Assembly (NCBI RefSeq): GCF_000284455.1
Contig: NC_017039.1
Coordinates: forward strand, 3,210,001-3,242,000
DNA from: Synechocystis sp. PCC 6803 substr. PCC-P
GTDB taxonomy: Bacteria; Cyanobacteriota; Cyanobacteriia; Cyanobacteriales; Microcystaceae
Direction of reading: 5' to 3'
Length of the DNA stretch: 32,000 nucleotides
The translations under genes were made by a program, and so were the position numbers. Positions within the stretch are counted from its first letter, which is position 1; each line of letters begins with the position of its first letter. This document shows, one piece after another, positions 9,079-18,790 of the stretch. Under the pieces are notes generated by a model. The model saw only the letters and a list, made by a program, of their open reading frames with translations. It made no database searches and had not been told where the DNA came from.

Positions 9079-10194
9079 TCAACCCTGGTTAAACTCATAT
9101 AACAGCCAAATTCCCACTCCCAAACCGACAAAATTCGGCAGCCAGGCAGCCAAAGTGGGAGAAATTAACCCAACAATGCCTAAGCTACCACTGAAAAATC
9201 CCAGTATGTAGTAGGCAAAAATAATCACAATGGTTAAACCAAAGCCCGTGGCCCGACTTATCCTTTGGGGCCTAGCTCCGATCGCCGAACCCACCACCGC
9301 AAATACAATGCAAACAAAGGGAAAAGCTAATTTTTGTTCCGTCCTAACCTGAAAAAATTGAGTTTTCTTTTCATCGCCAATTAACTTCAAAATTTTGATA
9401 TAGTCCTGGGCTTCGGCAATGGTCATTTCGTAGGGATCTCGTCCCTGGCGAGCAAAATCAAAGGCCGATTGGGGTAAAGCAATCTGTTTATTGGTGAAGG
9501 GAACCGCCTCTTGATAATCCTCGGTTTCCGTCAAGCGATACACAGTACCATGGAAGAAATCCCAGCGTTTATTGTCATTATTCCAAGTGGCATTATCGGA
9601 AAGCACAATATGTTTAAGATGGTTTTCTGTCCATTGCAATACTGTTAAGTTTTGCATTTCTTTGCCGTCAAATTTTTCTGCATAAACTAAACTTTTTAAC
9701 CGCCGTGCCGTTTGACCATTATCGAGCTTAATTTCTTCAAATTCAGGGTAAAAAACATCCCGATTTTGCCAAAAAGGATGCTCCTCATCGATGGATTCAA
9801 TGAGGATACTGGTAGCTCGATAGTTAGCCACCGGCACTACCCATTCAGTCAACACAAAGGCCCAGCCCGTTACCAGCAGACTCAATACCACCGCCGGCAG
9901 GATCAGACGGTACAAACTTACGCCACAACTACGAATGGCAATGATTTCACAATCTCCACTAAGGCGACCAAAGGTCATCATCGTAGCTAGCATCACCGCC
10001 ACAGGTAAAGAGTAAGCGAGGAACTCCGGAACTTTAAGCAGTAGTACTTCTGCCGCCTTGGCCACTGGGAGATTCTTTTCAACAATTTTGTTGCCTAAAT
10101 CGGACAAATTACCGATCGCCAGCCCTAAACTGGCCACCACCCCGACGCTAAATAAAAATGGGGGAATCAGTTGCCTGGCCACATAGCGGTCCAT
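9079..10194 (-). CDS. LptF/LptG (YjgP/YjgQ) family permease
   Basis: The start is placed at ATG 10194 (MDRYVARQLIPPF), the usual family N-terminus; the ORF extends to 10263. There are three N-terminal TM helices, a roughly 150-aa periplasmic insert, then three C-terminal TM helices. Confidence 0.8.
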   Translation of the reverse strand: MDRYVARQLIPPFLFSVGVVASLGLAIGNLSDLGNKIVEKNLPVAKAAEVLLLKVPEFLAYSLPVAVMLATMMTFGRLSGDCEIIAIRSCGVSLYRLILPAVVLSLLVTGWAFVLTEWVVPVANYRATSILIESIDEEHPFWQNRDVFYPEFEEIKLDNGQTARRLKSLVYAEKFDGKEMQNLTVLQWTENHLKHIVLSDNATWNNDNKRWDFFHGTVYRLTETEDYQEAVPFTNKQIALPQSAFDFARQGRDPYEMTIAEAQDYIKILKLIGDEKKTQFFQVRTEQKLAFPFVCIVFAVVGSAIGARPQRISRATGFGLTIVIIFAYYILGFFSGSLGIVGLISPTLAAWLPNFVGLGVGIWLLYEFNQG

Positions 10195-10303
10195 GAGGGA
10201 AATGCGAGGCAAAGAATGGGGCCACTGCCCCAAGCTGGTCAAGGTTTTAGACAAGAACATCACAGATTTTCAAGCTTTTCAATGACTAAAATTCCTCAAA
10301 TCT

Positions 10304-11692
10304 TTAAAATTCTGCATTCATGGGAGTGCGGGGAAAAGGAATCACATCCCGAATATTAGCCATGCCGGTCATGAACTGGACAATGCGCTCAAAGCCCAGA
10401 CCAAATCCTGCATGGGGTACAGAACCATAACGACGTAGGTCAAGATACCACCATAGATCTTCTTCTGGGACCCCTTGTTCCTGCATTCGTTGAGTTAATA
10501 TATCTAGTCGTTCTTCCCGTTGGGAACCGCCGATAATTTCACCAATTTTGGGGGCTAAAATGTCCATAGCAGCGACGGTTTTGCCATCATCATTTAAGCG
10601 CATATAGAAAGCTTTAATATCTTTAGGATAATCCGTCACAATAGTTGGTCTTTTGAACACGGTTTCTGCTAAATAGCGCTCATGTTCCGACTGTAAATCT
10701 ACTCCCCAGGCAACGGGATATTCAAACTTTTGATCCGCCTTTTCCAGTAATTTAATTGCTTCGCTGTAGGTCAACCAAGCAAATTCATTATTAATAATAT
10801 TGTCCGCGGTGGCTAACACTGTATTGTCAATGCGTTGGTCAAAGAATTCCATATCCTCTGGGCATTTTTCCAGCACAAATTTAAAAATGTACTTCAGAAA
10901 TTCCTCTGCCCATTGGCGATCGCCTTCTAGGTCACAAAAGGCCATTTCTGGTTCCACCATCCAAAATTCCGCCAGGTGCCGGGACGTATTGGAATTTTCC
11001 GCCCGAAAAGTGGGACCAAAAGTGTAAACATTCTGAAACGCTAGGGCCATCACCTCCGCTTCCAGTTGGCCACTCACCGTTAGATAGGCCTGTTTACCAA
11101 AAAAGTCCTGACTGTAATCAATGCCCTCGCCATTTTTGGGCACCCTTTGTAAATCCAATGTGGTGACCTTGAACAAATCCCCTGCCCCTTCACAATCACT
11201 GGCGGTAATGATCGGGGTGTGGACCCAGAGGAAACCCCTTTCCTGGAAAAATTGGTGAATGGCGGTGGCACAAGCGTTACGCACCCTCATAACTGCACCG
11301 ATGGTATTGGTGCGGGGGCGCAGGTGGCCAATGGTCCGCAAAAATTCAAAGCTGTGACGTTTTTTCTGGAGGGGATAACTGCCAGGGTCTGCTCCCCCCA
11401 ACAATTCGAGTTTGGTTGCTTTTAACTCCACCCGTTGTCCTTTTCCCGGCGAAGGGGCCAATTTTCCCTCCACCACCAGCGCTGCCCCTGTCTGTAATTG
11501 GGATAATAGGCGATCGTAATCCGCTAAACTTCCATCCAGCACCACTTGGAGGTTAGCCAAACTAGAGCCATCATTAACTTCTACAAAACTAAAATCCTTG
11601 AGGGTTCGTTTAGTGCGTAACCATCCCTGAACCATTACTTGGTCATCGGCCTGACCGTGGCGGAGAACTTCAATAATGCGGCGTTTGTTCAT
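10304..11692 (-). CDS. asnS: Asparagine--tRNA ligase
   Basis: The product is 462 aa from ATG 11692 ([10 protein letters not shown]). It has an OB-fold N-terminus and class IIb motifs [21 protein letters not shown] and [10 protein letters not shown]. The ORF-track extension to 11851 is hydrophobic and non-conserved in appearance. Confidence 0.93.
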   Translation of the reverse strand: MNKRRIIEVLRHGQADDQVMVQGWLRTKRTLKDFSFVEVNDGSSLANLQVVLDGSLADYDRLLSQLQTGAALVVEGKLAPSPGKGQRVELKATKLELLGGADPGSYPLQKKRHSFEFLRTIGHLRPRTNTIGAVMRVRNACATAIHQFFQERGFLWVHTPIITASDCEGAGDLFKVTTLDLQRVPKNGEGIDYSQDFFGKQAYLTVSGQLEAEVMALAFQNVYTFGPTFRAENSNTSRHLAEFWMVEPEMAFCDLEGDRQWAEEFLKYIFKFVLEKCPEDMEFFDQRIDNTVLATADNIINNEFAWLTYSEAIKLLEKADQKFEYPVAWGVDLQSEHERYLAETVFKRPTIVTDYPKDIKAFYMRLNDDGKTVAAMDILAPKIGEIIGGSQREERLDILTQRMQEQGVPEEDLWWYLDLRRYGSVPHAGFGLGFERIVQFMTGMANIRDVIPFPRTPMNAEF

Positions 11693-11884
11693 AAACCCCA
11701 AAGAACTAGAGAGAGAGGGACAGTGGGTGCCACTATTAAACCACGGCACCGAGCCAATCCTAGGGTAACCAATCCCGACACAGGAAGCGATTCCCAGCAA
11801 ACCAGACAAAAATCTGACCAACCCAGAAAAAAATATTTTGACCATCAACAATAAGGTGTTATGATGGCTAATCGTGAAAGCAAT

Positions 11885-11966
11885 GGGTCGATGCCCGAGT
11901 GGTTAATGGGGGCGGACTGTAAATCCGCTGGCTATGCCTACGCTGGTTCAAATCCAGCTCGGCCCA
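11885..11966 (+). tRNA. tRNA-Tyr (anticodon GTA), class II with long variable arm
   Basis: Acceptor GGGTCGA/TCGGCCC plus discriminator A. Anticodon stem GCGGA/TCCGC with loop CTGTAAA. T arm GCTGG-TTCAAAT-CCAGC. CCA is not encoded. Confidence 0.9.
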
Positions 11967-11974
11967 TCCCTTTT

Positions 11975-12046
11975 GCCCTTGTAGCTCAGTGGTAGAGCAC
12001 ACCCTTGGTAAGGGTGAGGTCACGAGTTCAATCCTCGTCAAGGGCT
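11975..12046 (+). tRNA. tRNA-Thr (anticodon GGT)
   Basis: 72 nt. Acceptor GCCCTTG/CAAGGGC. D arm GCTC-AGTGGTA-GAGC. Anticodon stem CACCC/GGGTG with loop TTGGTAA. T arm ACGAG-TTCAATC-CTCGT. It lies 8 nt downstream of tRNA-Tyr. Confidence 0.9.
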
Positions 12047-12078
12047 TTCTAAACTCGACTATCAAGTCTGTTCGATGG

Positions 12079-12104
12079 CTAAACGGCGATCGGCGATCGT
12101 TTAG
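12079..12104 (+). terminator. Candidate hairpin downstream of the tRNA pair
   Basis: CTAAACG-gcgatcggcgat-CGTTTAG forms a 7-bp stem built around a tandem HIP1-like core, 33 nt after tRNA-Thr. The T tract is partly inside the stem, so function is uncertain. Confidence 0.25.
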
Positions 12105-12256
12105 TTATCACTATTGGTTTTCACTGTGGGTTGCCATTATCGTACTGGGGTCTAATAATCAGATGAAATTTCCCCATTCCACTCGGCTTGCCCAAGAGGG
12201 AGAGTTTCGATAGAGTAAAATACTCCCATAGTTTTATCGGAACTACAGGTTTAATA

Positions 12257-13162
12257 TTAATTAACTTTGATCATTAAAGTAAAGAAAACTTGTTGGCTAT
12301 TGTAGTCCGCAAAAGATGGAATATAAACTATTCGTAAATTGACTGGAATATCAAAGTCAGTTTGTAGGAAGGGCAACATAAAAGGAAGCACCGGACTGCC
12401 CGATAATTCTTGGAGTTGGGTTGTATGGAGCAATCCAATGGCAGAGCCCACCTGAATGGGACTGGCAAAAATATTTCTTCTTAAACTAAGACCAACGTAG
12501 CCCGCTGGATAGCCAAAATCAGAATCTCTAAAAATATTAAACTCTAAACTAACGATGGAATCTTGGACTAGGTGATTGAAAAAACCATAATTAGGATTGA
12601 TAATTTCAAAATCGTAGGCAGCTCCAGCCCCCATAGGAAAATTATTAACATCCGGTTCTGTGTAGTCTATATGCCAAGAAAAAGGAGAAAGAGCTAAATA
12701 TTTGTCAGTTAAATTCCACCAGTTTACAGGAGAGTCAATGATTGTTTCATTATGATCCAAGTCATGGAGAATATTCTGCTCATTCGTCTGCTGATAACCT
12801 TGTGAAGCAAGACTTAGTTCTAGATTTGAGTGAGGGCTTTCATTTGATACAACAAGATAATCTTCTTTTATTAATATAGGTGAAATGAAAGAGCTTAATG
12901 TTAGGGATGAATTGGAGCTTAATTCAAAATTAGTTTCAAGATGAATGATTTTTTCTTCATATTCTAAATTGCTCGGATCGATTAGAGTATTTTCCTGGAT
13001 TAACACCGGTTTTGAATGTTGATTAATAGGTAGATTGCTTACAGTCACTGGAATATCTTGATCTGAAGAGTTATTTTCTTCAAGATCTATTTCCTGTGCA
13101 TGTATTAAGTTATTTGAAAATAACAAAAGAATTAATTGCAGCAAAATAGCTCTTGCTACCAT
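12257..13162 (-). CDS. Orphan secreted protein of unknown function, strongly AT-rich gene
   Basis: The start is placed at ATG 13162 (MVARAILLQLILLLFSNNLIHA-QE, signal-peptide-like); the ORF extends to 13237 via TTG. The N-terminal half is rich in Asn/Ser/Glu. The C-terminal half shows alternating hydrophobic patterns. I recognise no motif. Confidence 0.6.
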   Translation of the reverse strand: MVARAILLQLILLLFSNNLIHAQEIDLEENNSSDQDIPVTVSNLPINQHSKPVLIQENTLIDPSNLEYEEKIIHLETNFELSSNSSLTLSSFISPILIKEDYLVVSNESPHSNLELSLASQGYQQTNEQNILHDLDHNETIIDSPVNWWNLTDKYLALSPFSWHIDYTEPDVNNFPMGAGAAYDFEIINPNYGFFNHLVQDSIVSLEFNIFRDSDFGYPAGYVGLSLRRNIFASPIQVGSAIGLLHTTQLQELSGSPVLPFMLPFLQTDFDIPVNLRIVYIPSFADYNSQQVFFTLMIKVN

Positions 13163-13455
13163 TTTTACGTTAGTAACAAAAAAAATGTTATCCTCCCATT
13201 GATTGAAGTTATAGCCAAGAAAAAATAAAATCTTCAAAGCTGCGATTAAATAACTGAAAGTTCACCAGTAAAATGATGATTTCTCGCTAAGTCTTATTAC
13301 TAAAAATCTACTAATATCGGCGAGATTTTTCCAATTCTTCTAACTCGAAAATAGAAAATTGCATAGGCATCTATAGATTTCATGAGTTTCTAATTTAATT
13401 TTTTATTTATTCTCAGTTGAAAGAAATTTGTCATCGCAAAAGCAATACCTAAAAA

Positions 13456-14142
13456 CTAAACTAGGCGGCCGATGTCTTCGTTAGAACCTAGGAGGACTAG
13501 AATCATCCCCCGGTGTAATCGTTCCTGAGGAGGGGGGTTAATTTTAAATTTTTCTTCATGGCCCACTGCCAGAACACTGACGCCATGGTTTTTGCGCAGT
13601 TGCAGTTCGGCCAAGGTTTTATCACAAAATTCTTCGGGGACGAGAATTTCTACAATGCTGTTGTTGGGATCTAACTTAAACCGGTCAACGATCGCCGGGG
13701 TGGTGAGAGTATAGGCTAAATCTTGGCCGGCTTTGTGCTCGGGAAAAATAATTAAATCAACCCCCAGGCGCTTGAGGATTTTTTCGTGGGTGTCGGAAGA
13801 AACCTTAGCTACAACCGATTTTACGCCCCCTTCCTTGAGGTTAAGACAGGTAATGATACTTTCTTTGAGGTAATTACCAATCGCCACAATCACCGTTTCA
13901 ATCTCAAAAATGCCAGCCTCCCGTAGGGCCGTATCATCGGTGGAATCGAGACTAATGGCGTTACCCACCACCCGATCCGCCAACACTTCCGCCACCAGTT
14001 TGGGATCTTGGTCAATGCCCAACACCTCATAGCCATTGACATGGAGAGTTTCGCACACTGCCCGACCAAACCGACCCAGGCCAATCACCGCAAATTGCCG
14101 TTTTTCCTGGCGAATTAAACTGAGAAAATGACTAGTTTTCAT
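13456..14142 (-). CDS. ktrA: K+ uptake system peripheral NAD-binding subunit (TrkA-N plus TrkA-C, KtrA type)
   Basis: 228 aa with Rossmann motif FAVIGLGRFGRAV..LGIDQD and a C-terminal TrkA-C-like segment (EILVPEEFCDKTLAELQLR..GVSVLAV). Confidence 0.85.
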   Translation of the reverse strand: MKTSHFLSLIRQEKRQFAVIGLGRFGRAVCETLHVNGYEVLGIDQDPKLVAEVLADRVVGNAISLDSTDDTALREAGIFEIETVIVAIGNYLKESIITCLNLKEGGVKSVVAKVSSDTHEKILKRLGVDLIIFPEHKAGQDLAYTLTTPAIVDRFKLDPNNSIVEILVPEEFCDKTLAELQLRKNHGVSVLAVGHEEKFKINPPPQERLHRGMILVLLGSNEDIGRLV

Positions 14143-14167
14143 TAATTTTCTTCTGAATTGAGCGGCA

Positions 14168-15094
14168 TTAAACTAAACCCAAAAGGGCCACCATGAGGGC
14201 TTTTTGGGCGTGCATGCGATTTTCCGCTTGGTCCCACAGTCGGGATTGCGGGCCTTCCATAACAGCGTCAGTAATTTCTTCCCCCCGGTGAGCCGGCAGA
14301 CAGTGGAGCACAATGGCTTCGGGATCGGCCAAGGCAAGGAGTTCTTGGTTAATCTGGTAGGGCTGGAAAATGGGAATGCGACTGTCGGCTAAATCTTCCT
14401 GGCCCATGCTGGCCCACACATCGGTGTAGAGGATATGACTTCCCTGGGCGGCGGCTTTGGGATCGTCGGTTAGTTCCACTTTTCCCCCTGGAGCCGCAAT
14501 TTGTTGGGCTTGTTGAACAATTTCTGCCAAGGGTTCATAGTTCTTCGGGGTAGCCACCCGCACCGTCATGCCCATCATTACCCCACCGAGAATGAGGGAA
14601 TGGGCGACATTGTTGCCGTCCCCTAGATAAGTCACCGTTAAGCCTTCCAATTTGCCGAAACATTCCTTGATGGTTTGTAAATCGGCCAAAATTTGGCAGG
14701 GATGCTCCAAGTCGCTCAGGGCATTGATGATGGGCATTTTGGCATGGTCAGCAAAGGTTTGCAGATCTGTCTGTTTGAAAGTCCGCACCGCCAGGATATC
14801 AATGTAGCGGTCTAATACCCTAGCGGTATCCTGAATCGGCTCTCCCCGACCCACTTGGGTCACGCTGGGGTTTAAATCCAATACCTGCCCTCCCAGTTGA
14901 TACATGGCCGCGGTGAAGGAAACCCTGGTACGGGTGGAGGCTTTGTAAAACAGTAAACCGAGAATTTTCCGACAGTGGGGCTTGAGCACACCGGATTTAA
15001 GATCCGCCGCCAACTGCAAGAGTGATTTCATCTCTTCGATGGTCAAATCGGCGATCGCCAATAGATCCCTGCCCGCCAACGCCTTAATGCCCAT
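14168..15094 (-). CDS. argF: Ornithine carbamoyltransferase
   Basis: 308 aa with STRTRVSF (carbamoyl-phosphate binding), HPCQILADL and HCLPAHRGEE. Confidence 0.93.
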   Translation of the reverse strand: MGIKALAGRDLLAIADLTIEEMKSLLQLAADLKSGVLKPHCRKILGLLFYKASTRTRVSFTAAMYQLGGQVLDLNPSVTQVGRGEPIQDTARVLDRYIDILAVRTFKQTDLQTFADHAKMPIINALSDLEHPCQILADLQTIKECFGKLEGLTVTYLGDGNNVAHSLILGGVMMGMTVRVATPKNYEPLAEIVQQAQQIAAPGGKVELTDDPKAAAQGSHILYTDVWASMGQEDLADSRIPIFQPYQINQELLALADPEAIVLHCLPAHRGEEITDAVMEGPQSRLWDQAENRMHAQKALMVALLGLV

Positions 15095-15206
15095 AGCCGT
15101 TATCCCCGATTGTCCAATGTGGTGGTCGAATTAACATCGATCGAATTAAGCCCCATTTTGCCATACTCGGTTAATGGTCTTGGGGGGATGGCAGTGATGT
15201 CAGAAA

Positions 15207-15737
15207 TCACTGATTTTGCTGGTCCAGATAGGCCCTGTAGCCCAGTCGCTCCAACTCCGCTTGTTTGTCCAAAACCATGGTTTCTAGACTTTGGCGATAT
15301 TGCTGTACTTTTTCCAACAGCACGGGATTATGGCTAGCCAGTATTTGCACCGCCAATAACCCCGCATTTTTGGCATTACCGATCGCCACGGTAGCTACAG
15401 GTATTCCCCCCGGCATTTGCACAATGGAATAGAGGGAATCCACTCCCTGTAAGGTTTTAGTCTGCACCGGCACACCGATGACTGGTAAAGGGGTCAGGGC
15501 CGCCACCATGCCCGGTAAATGGGCCGCTCCCCCAGCCCCGGCAATAATTATCCGCAAGCCCCGCTGGTGGGCAGTTTGGGCATACTCCACCATTCTTTCC
15601 GGGGTGCGATGGGCAGAGATAATGGCCACCTCCGTTGGTACGGCAAATTCTTCACAGACGGCGATCGCCGCTGCCATGGTGGGGAGATCGGAATCGCTTC
15701 CCATGATGATGCCGACCAGGGGAGAGGGGGAAGTCAT
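15207..15737 (-). CDS. purE: N5-carboxyaminoimidazole ribonucleotide mutase
   Basis: 176 aa with [20 protein letters not shown] and [13 protein letters not shown]. Confidence 0.93.
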   Translation of the reverse strand: MTSPSPLVGIIMGSDSDLPTMAAAIAVCEEFAVPTEVAIISAHRTPERMVEYAQTAHQRGLRIIIAGAGGAAHLPGMVAALTPLPVIGVPVQTKTLQGVDSLYSIVQMPGGIPVATVAIGNAKNAGLLAVQILASHNPVLLEKVQQYRQSLETMVLDKQAELERLGYRAYLDQQNQ

Positions 15738-15837
15738 AAATTAAATTGAGATGACGAAGATGGAGGTTTGACTTTAAACTGAGGCTAACCGCTAATAGCG
15801 TATCGGAAAATCTTCAAGATCCCAAGGAAAGATTTTT

Positions 15838-16203
15838 ATGTCAGTGAACAGCATCCATTTGGTGGGAAGGGCCGGCCGTGACCCTGAAGTTAAATATTTT
15901 GAGTCCGGTAATGTAGTTTGTAACTTCACCCTGGCGGTGAATCGACGCACAAGCAAAAAGGATGAACCCCCCGATTGGTTTGACCTGGAAATTTGGGGTA
16001 AAACTGCTGAAATAGCCGGTAACTACGTCAAAAAAGGCAGTTTGATTGGTATCCAAGGATCGTTAAAGTTTGACCATTGGGAAGACCGGAACTCCGGTAC
16101 TCCTCGTTCCAAGCCAGTGATCCGGGTCAATAATTTGGATTTACTCGGCTCTAAGCGGGACAACGCCGAAGCCACCATGAATAATTACCCCGAAGAGTTC
16201 TAA
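15838..16203 (+). CDS. ssb: Single-stranded DNA-binding protein
   Basis: 121 aa with an OB-fold pattern (NSIHLVGRAGRDPEVKYF.SG..V.NFTLAVNR...PDWF.LEIWGK.AE). The acidic/aromatic C-terminus is PEEF. An AAGGAAAG ribosome-binding site lies upstream. Confidence 0.9.
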   Translation: MSVNSIHLVGRAGRDPEVKYFESGNVVCNFTLAVNRRTSKKDEPPDWFDLEIWGKTAEIAGNYVKKGSLIGIQGSLKFDHWEDRNSGTPRSKPVIRVNNLDLLGSKRDNAEATMNNYPEEF

Positions 16204-16290
16204 TCATCGGCCCCATTCACCCCATTGGTAAACTACGGCGATCGCCATTGCTAGCCGAATTTTTCCATCCCTTACCCATGCCAGAACCCC

Positions 16291-16521
16291 ATGGAAGTCT
16301 TTGACCCCACTCCTCCCCCTTGGGTTGAGGATACTGTTCATGCCAGGGGTTTTTGTTGTCCCCAATGCCAAGCTGGCCCCCGTCAGGCCCTCCGGGCTTG
16401 GATCAATCGGCGATCGCCAGTGTTGGGGGATGATCGACGGCGCAAATGGCAGGAATTTTACCAGTGTGAATGTGGTCAGGGTTGGTGGGCCTGGAGCAGT
16501 GACCGCCCCCCTTCCCCCTAG
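16291..16521 (+). CDS. Candidate small Cys-rich (zinc-ribbon-like) protein
   Basis: 76 aa with CCPQC ... CECG pairs and a Trp-rich GWWAWS segment. It fills the ssb-ubiA spacer and ends 18 nt before the ubiA ATG. It competes with two overlapping ORFs that look less protein-like. Confidence 0.45.
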   Translation: MEVFDPTPPPWVEDTVHARGFCCPQCQAGPRQALRAWINRRSPVLGDDRRRKWQEFYQCECGQGWWAWSSDRPPSP

Positions 16522-16539
16522 TAGTCCTTTAATTTTTCT

Positions 16540-17418
16540 ATGGTTGCCCAAACCCCATCTTCCCCGCCCCTCTGGTTAACAATCATTTACCTGTTGCGCT
16601 GGCATAAACCCGCCGGCCGACTGATTTTAATGATTCCGGCGCTGTGGGCAGTGTGTTTAGCGGCCCAAGGTCTACCACCCCTACCCCTACTAGGCACCAT
16701 TGCTTTGGGAACTTTGGCCACCAGTGGTTTAGGCTGTGTGGTCAATGACCTATGGGACCGGGATATTGATCCCCAGGTAGAGCGCACTAAGCAACGGCCT
16801 CTGGCGGCCCGGGCTCTCTCGGTGCAAGTGGGCATTGGAGTGGCGTTAGTAGCCCTACTGTGTGCGGCGGGGCTAGCCTTTTACCTCACTCCCCTCAGTT
16901 TCTGGCTTTGTGTGGCGGCGGTGCCGGTCATTGTTGCTTACCCTGGTGCGAAAAGGGTTTTCCCTGTACCCCAGTTAGTACTGTCAATTGCTTGGGGTTT
17001 TGCTGTGCTAATTAGTTGGAGTGCAGTCACGGGGGATTTGACCGATGCCACCTGGGTGCTGTGGGGGGCCACCGTGTTTTGGACCCTCGGTTTTGACACT
17101 GTTTACGCCATGGCGGATCGAGAAGATGACCGCCGCATTGGGGTTAACTCCAGTGCCCTGTTTTTTGGCCAGTACGTCGGGGAAGCGGTGGGGATATTTT
17201 TCGCCCTCACCATTGGCTGTTTATTTTATTTGGGCATGATTCTAATGCTCAATCCCCTCTATTGGCTCAGCTTGGCGATCGCCATTGTGGGTTGGGTGAT
17301 CCAATACATCCAACTCAGTGCCCCCACGCCGGAACCGAAACTATACGGTCAAATTTTTGGACAAAACGTCATCATTGGCTTTGTGTTACTAGCTGGAATG
17401 TTACTGGGCTGGCTTTGA
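16540..17418 (+). CDS. ubiA: 4-hydroxybenzoate polyprenyltransferase (UbiA family; plastoquinone pathway in cyanobacteria)
   Basis: 292 aa and polytopic. The Asp-rich motifs are NDLWDRDID and YAMADREDD. Confidence 0.9.
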   Translation: MVAQTPSSPPLWLTIIYLLRWHKPAGRLILMIPALWAVCLAAQGLPPLPLLGTIALGTLATSGLGCVVNDLWDRDIDPQVERTKQRPLAARALSVQVGIGVALVALLCAAGLAFYLTPLSFWLCVAAVPVIVAYPGAKRVFPVPQLVLSIAWGFAVLISWSAVTGDLTDATWVLWGATVFWTLGFDTVYAMADREDDRRIGVNSSALFFGQYVGEAVGIFFALTIGCLFYLGMILMLNPLYWLSLAIAIVGWVIQYIQLSAPTPEPKLYGQIFGQNVIIGFVLLAGMLLGWL

Positions 17419-17607
17419 CATGTAACTATGCTCCAATCCCTTTCGCACTGGCAGATTCCCAGAATTTCCTTTACAATGGATAACATTAAGAAAAATTAAG
17501 ATTTCCCGGTTCTTTCTCATTTTTGTCCCAACAACGGGCAAAACCATGGGTCGGCGATCGGGAGAGAAAATTTTCCTTCGTAATTATTATTTTGGAGATT
17601 TTGCGCC

Positions 17608-18666
17608 ATGACCATTGCAGTCGGACGCGCCCCAGTCGAAAGAGGATGGTTTGATGTCCTCGACGATTGGCTAAAGCGTGATCGTTTCGTATTTATCGGT
17701 TGGTCTGGTTTGCTACTCTTCCCCTGCGCCTTCATGGCCCTGGGGGGATGGTTAACCGGCACCACCTTCGTTACTTCCTGGTACACCCACGGTCTAGCCA
17801 GTTCCTACCTGGAAGGGGCTAACTTTTTGACCGTGGCGGTCTCTTCCCCCGCCGATGCCTTCGGCCATTCCCTCCTGTTCCTGTGGGGACCGGAAGCTCA
17901 AGGTAACCTGACCCGCTGGTTCCAAATTGGTGGTTTGTGGCCCTTCGTTGCCCTCCACGGTGCCTTTGGATTGATTGGCTTCATGCTGCGTCAGTTCGAA
18001 ATTTCCCGTCTGGTAGGCATTCGTCCCTACAACGCCATCGCTTTCTCTGGTCCCATTGCGGTATTTGTCAGCGTCTTTCTGATGTACCCCTTGGGTCAAT
18101 CGAGTTGGTTCTTTGCTCCCAGCTTTGGGGTAGCGGGAATCTTCCGGTTTATTTTGTTCCTACAAGGTTTCCACAACTGGACCCTGAACCCCTTCCACAT
18201 GATGGGAGTAGCCGGTATTCTCGGTGGTGCCCTACTGTGTGCCATCCACGGTGCCACGGTGGAAAACACCCTGTTTGAAGACGGTGAAGATTCCAACACC
18301 TTCCGGGCGTTTGAACCTACCCAAGCGGAAGAAACCTACTCCATGGTGACTGCCAACCGTTTCTGGTCTCAGATTTTCGGTATTGCTTTCTCCAACAAAC
18401 GGTGGCTGCACTTCTTCATGTTGTTCGTTCCCGTAACTGGTTTGTGGATGAGTTCTGTGGGTATCGTCGGTTTGGCGTTGAACCTACGGGCTTATGACTT
18501 CGTTTCCCAGGAACTGCGGGCTGCTGAAGATCCGGAATTTGAAACGTTTTATACGAAAAACATTTTGTTGAACGAAGGGATGCGCGCCTGGATGGCTCCC
18601 CAAGATCAACCCCATGAAAACTTTATCTTCCCTGAGGAAGTACTGCCCCGGGGTAATGCTCTCTAA
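17608..18666 (+). CDS. psbD: Photosystem II D2 protein
   Basis: 352 aa with near-invariant D2 sequence ([41 protein letters not shown] ... [12 protein letters not shown]). GGAG lies 10 nt upstream. No psbC follows, so this is the stand-alone copy. Confidence 0.97.
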
Positions 18667-18750
18667 AGGTTTTGCAAAACAGTTATCACTCGAAGAAATG
18701 ACTAAAAAACAAAACTAATTGAGCAAAACATCATCAATTAGCTAAAGTTG

Positions 18751-18780
18751 GGAGAGTGTTACAGCTCTCCTTTTTCTTTT
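18751..18780 (+). terminator. Candidate intrinsic terminator after psbD
   Basis: GGAGAG-tgttacag-CTCTCC forms a 6-bp stem followed by TTTTTCTTTT. Confidence 0.5.
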
Positions 18781-18790
18781 GCCCTAGCCG

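Noticed and set aside
11693-11851. A 53-aa N-terminal extension of the asnS ORF ([14 protein letters not shown]...).
   Set aside because: AsnRS homology starts at [10 protein letters not shown] (ATG 11692). The extension begins with TTG, is hydrophobic, and lies in what should be the divergent promoter region shared with the tRNA genes.
13163-13237. A TTG-initiated 25-aa extension of the AT-rich orphan gene.
   Set aside because: The internal ATG at 13162 gives a clean signal-peptide-like N-terminus. The extension would bury that signal peptide.
16204-16551. A 115-aa minus-strand ORF and a 92-aa plus-strand ORF (16301-16579) in the ssb-ubiA spacer.
   Set aside because: Both are Gly/Pro/Arg-rich with no motif and look like shadows of a GC-rich segment. 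The 92-aa ORF would also run into ubiA in another frame. The 76-aa Cys-rich frame is the better candidate.
17517-17786. An 89-aa minus-strand ORF spanning the psbD start region.
   Set aside because: It overlaps the near-invariant psbD 5' end and its leader. The product is basic and low-complexity with no motif.
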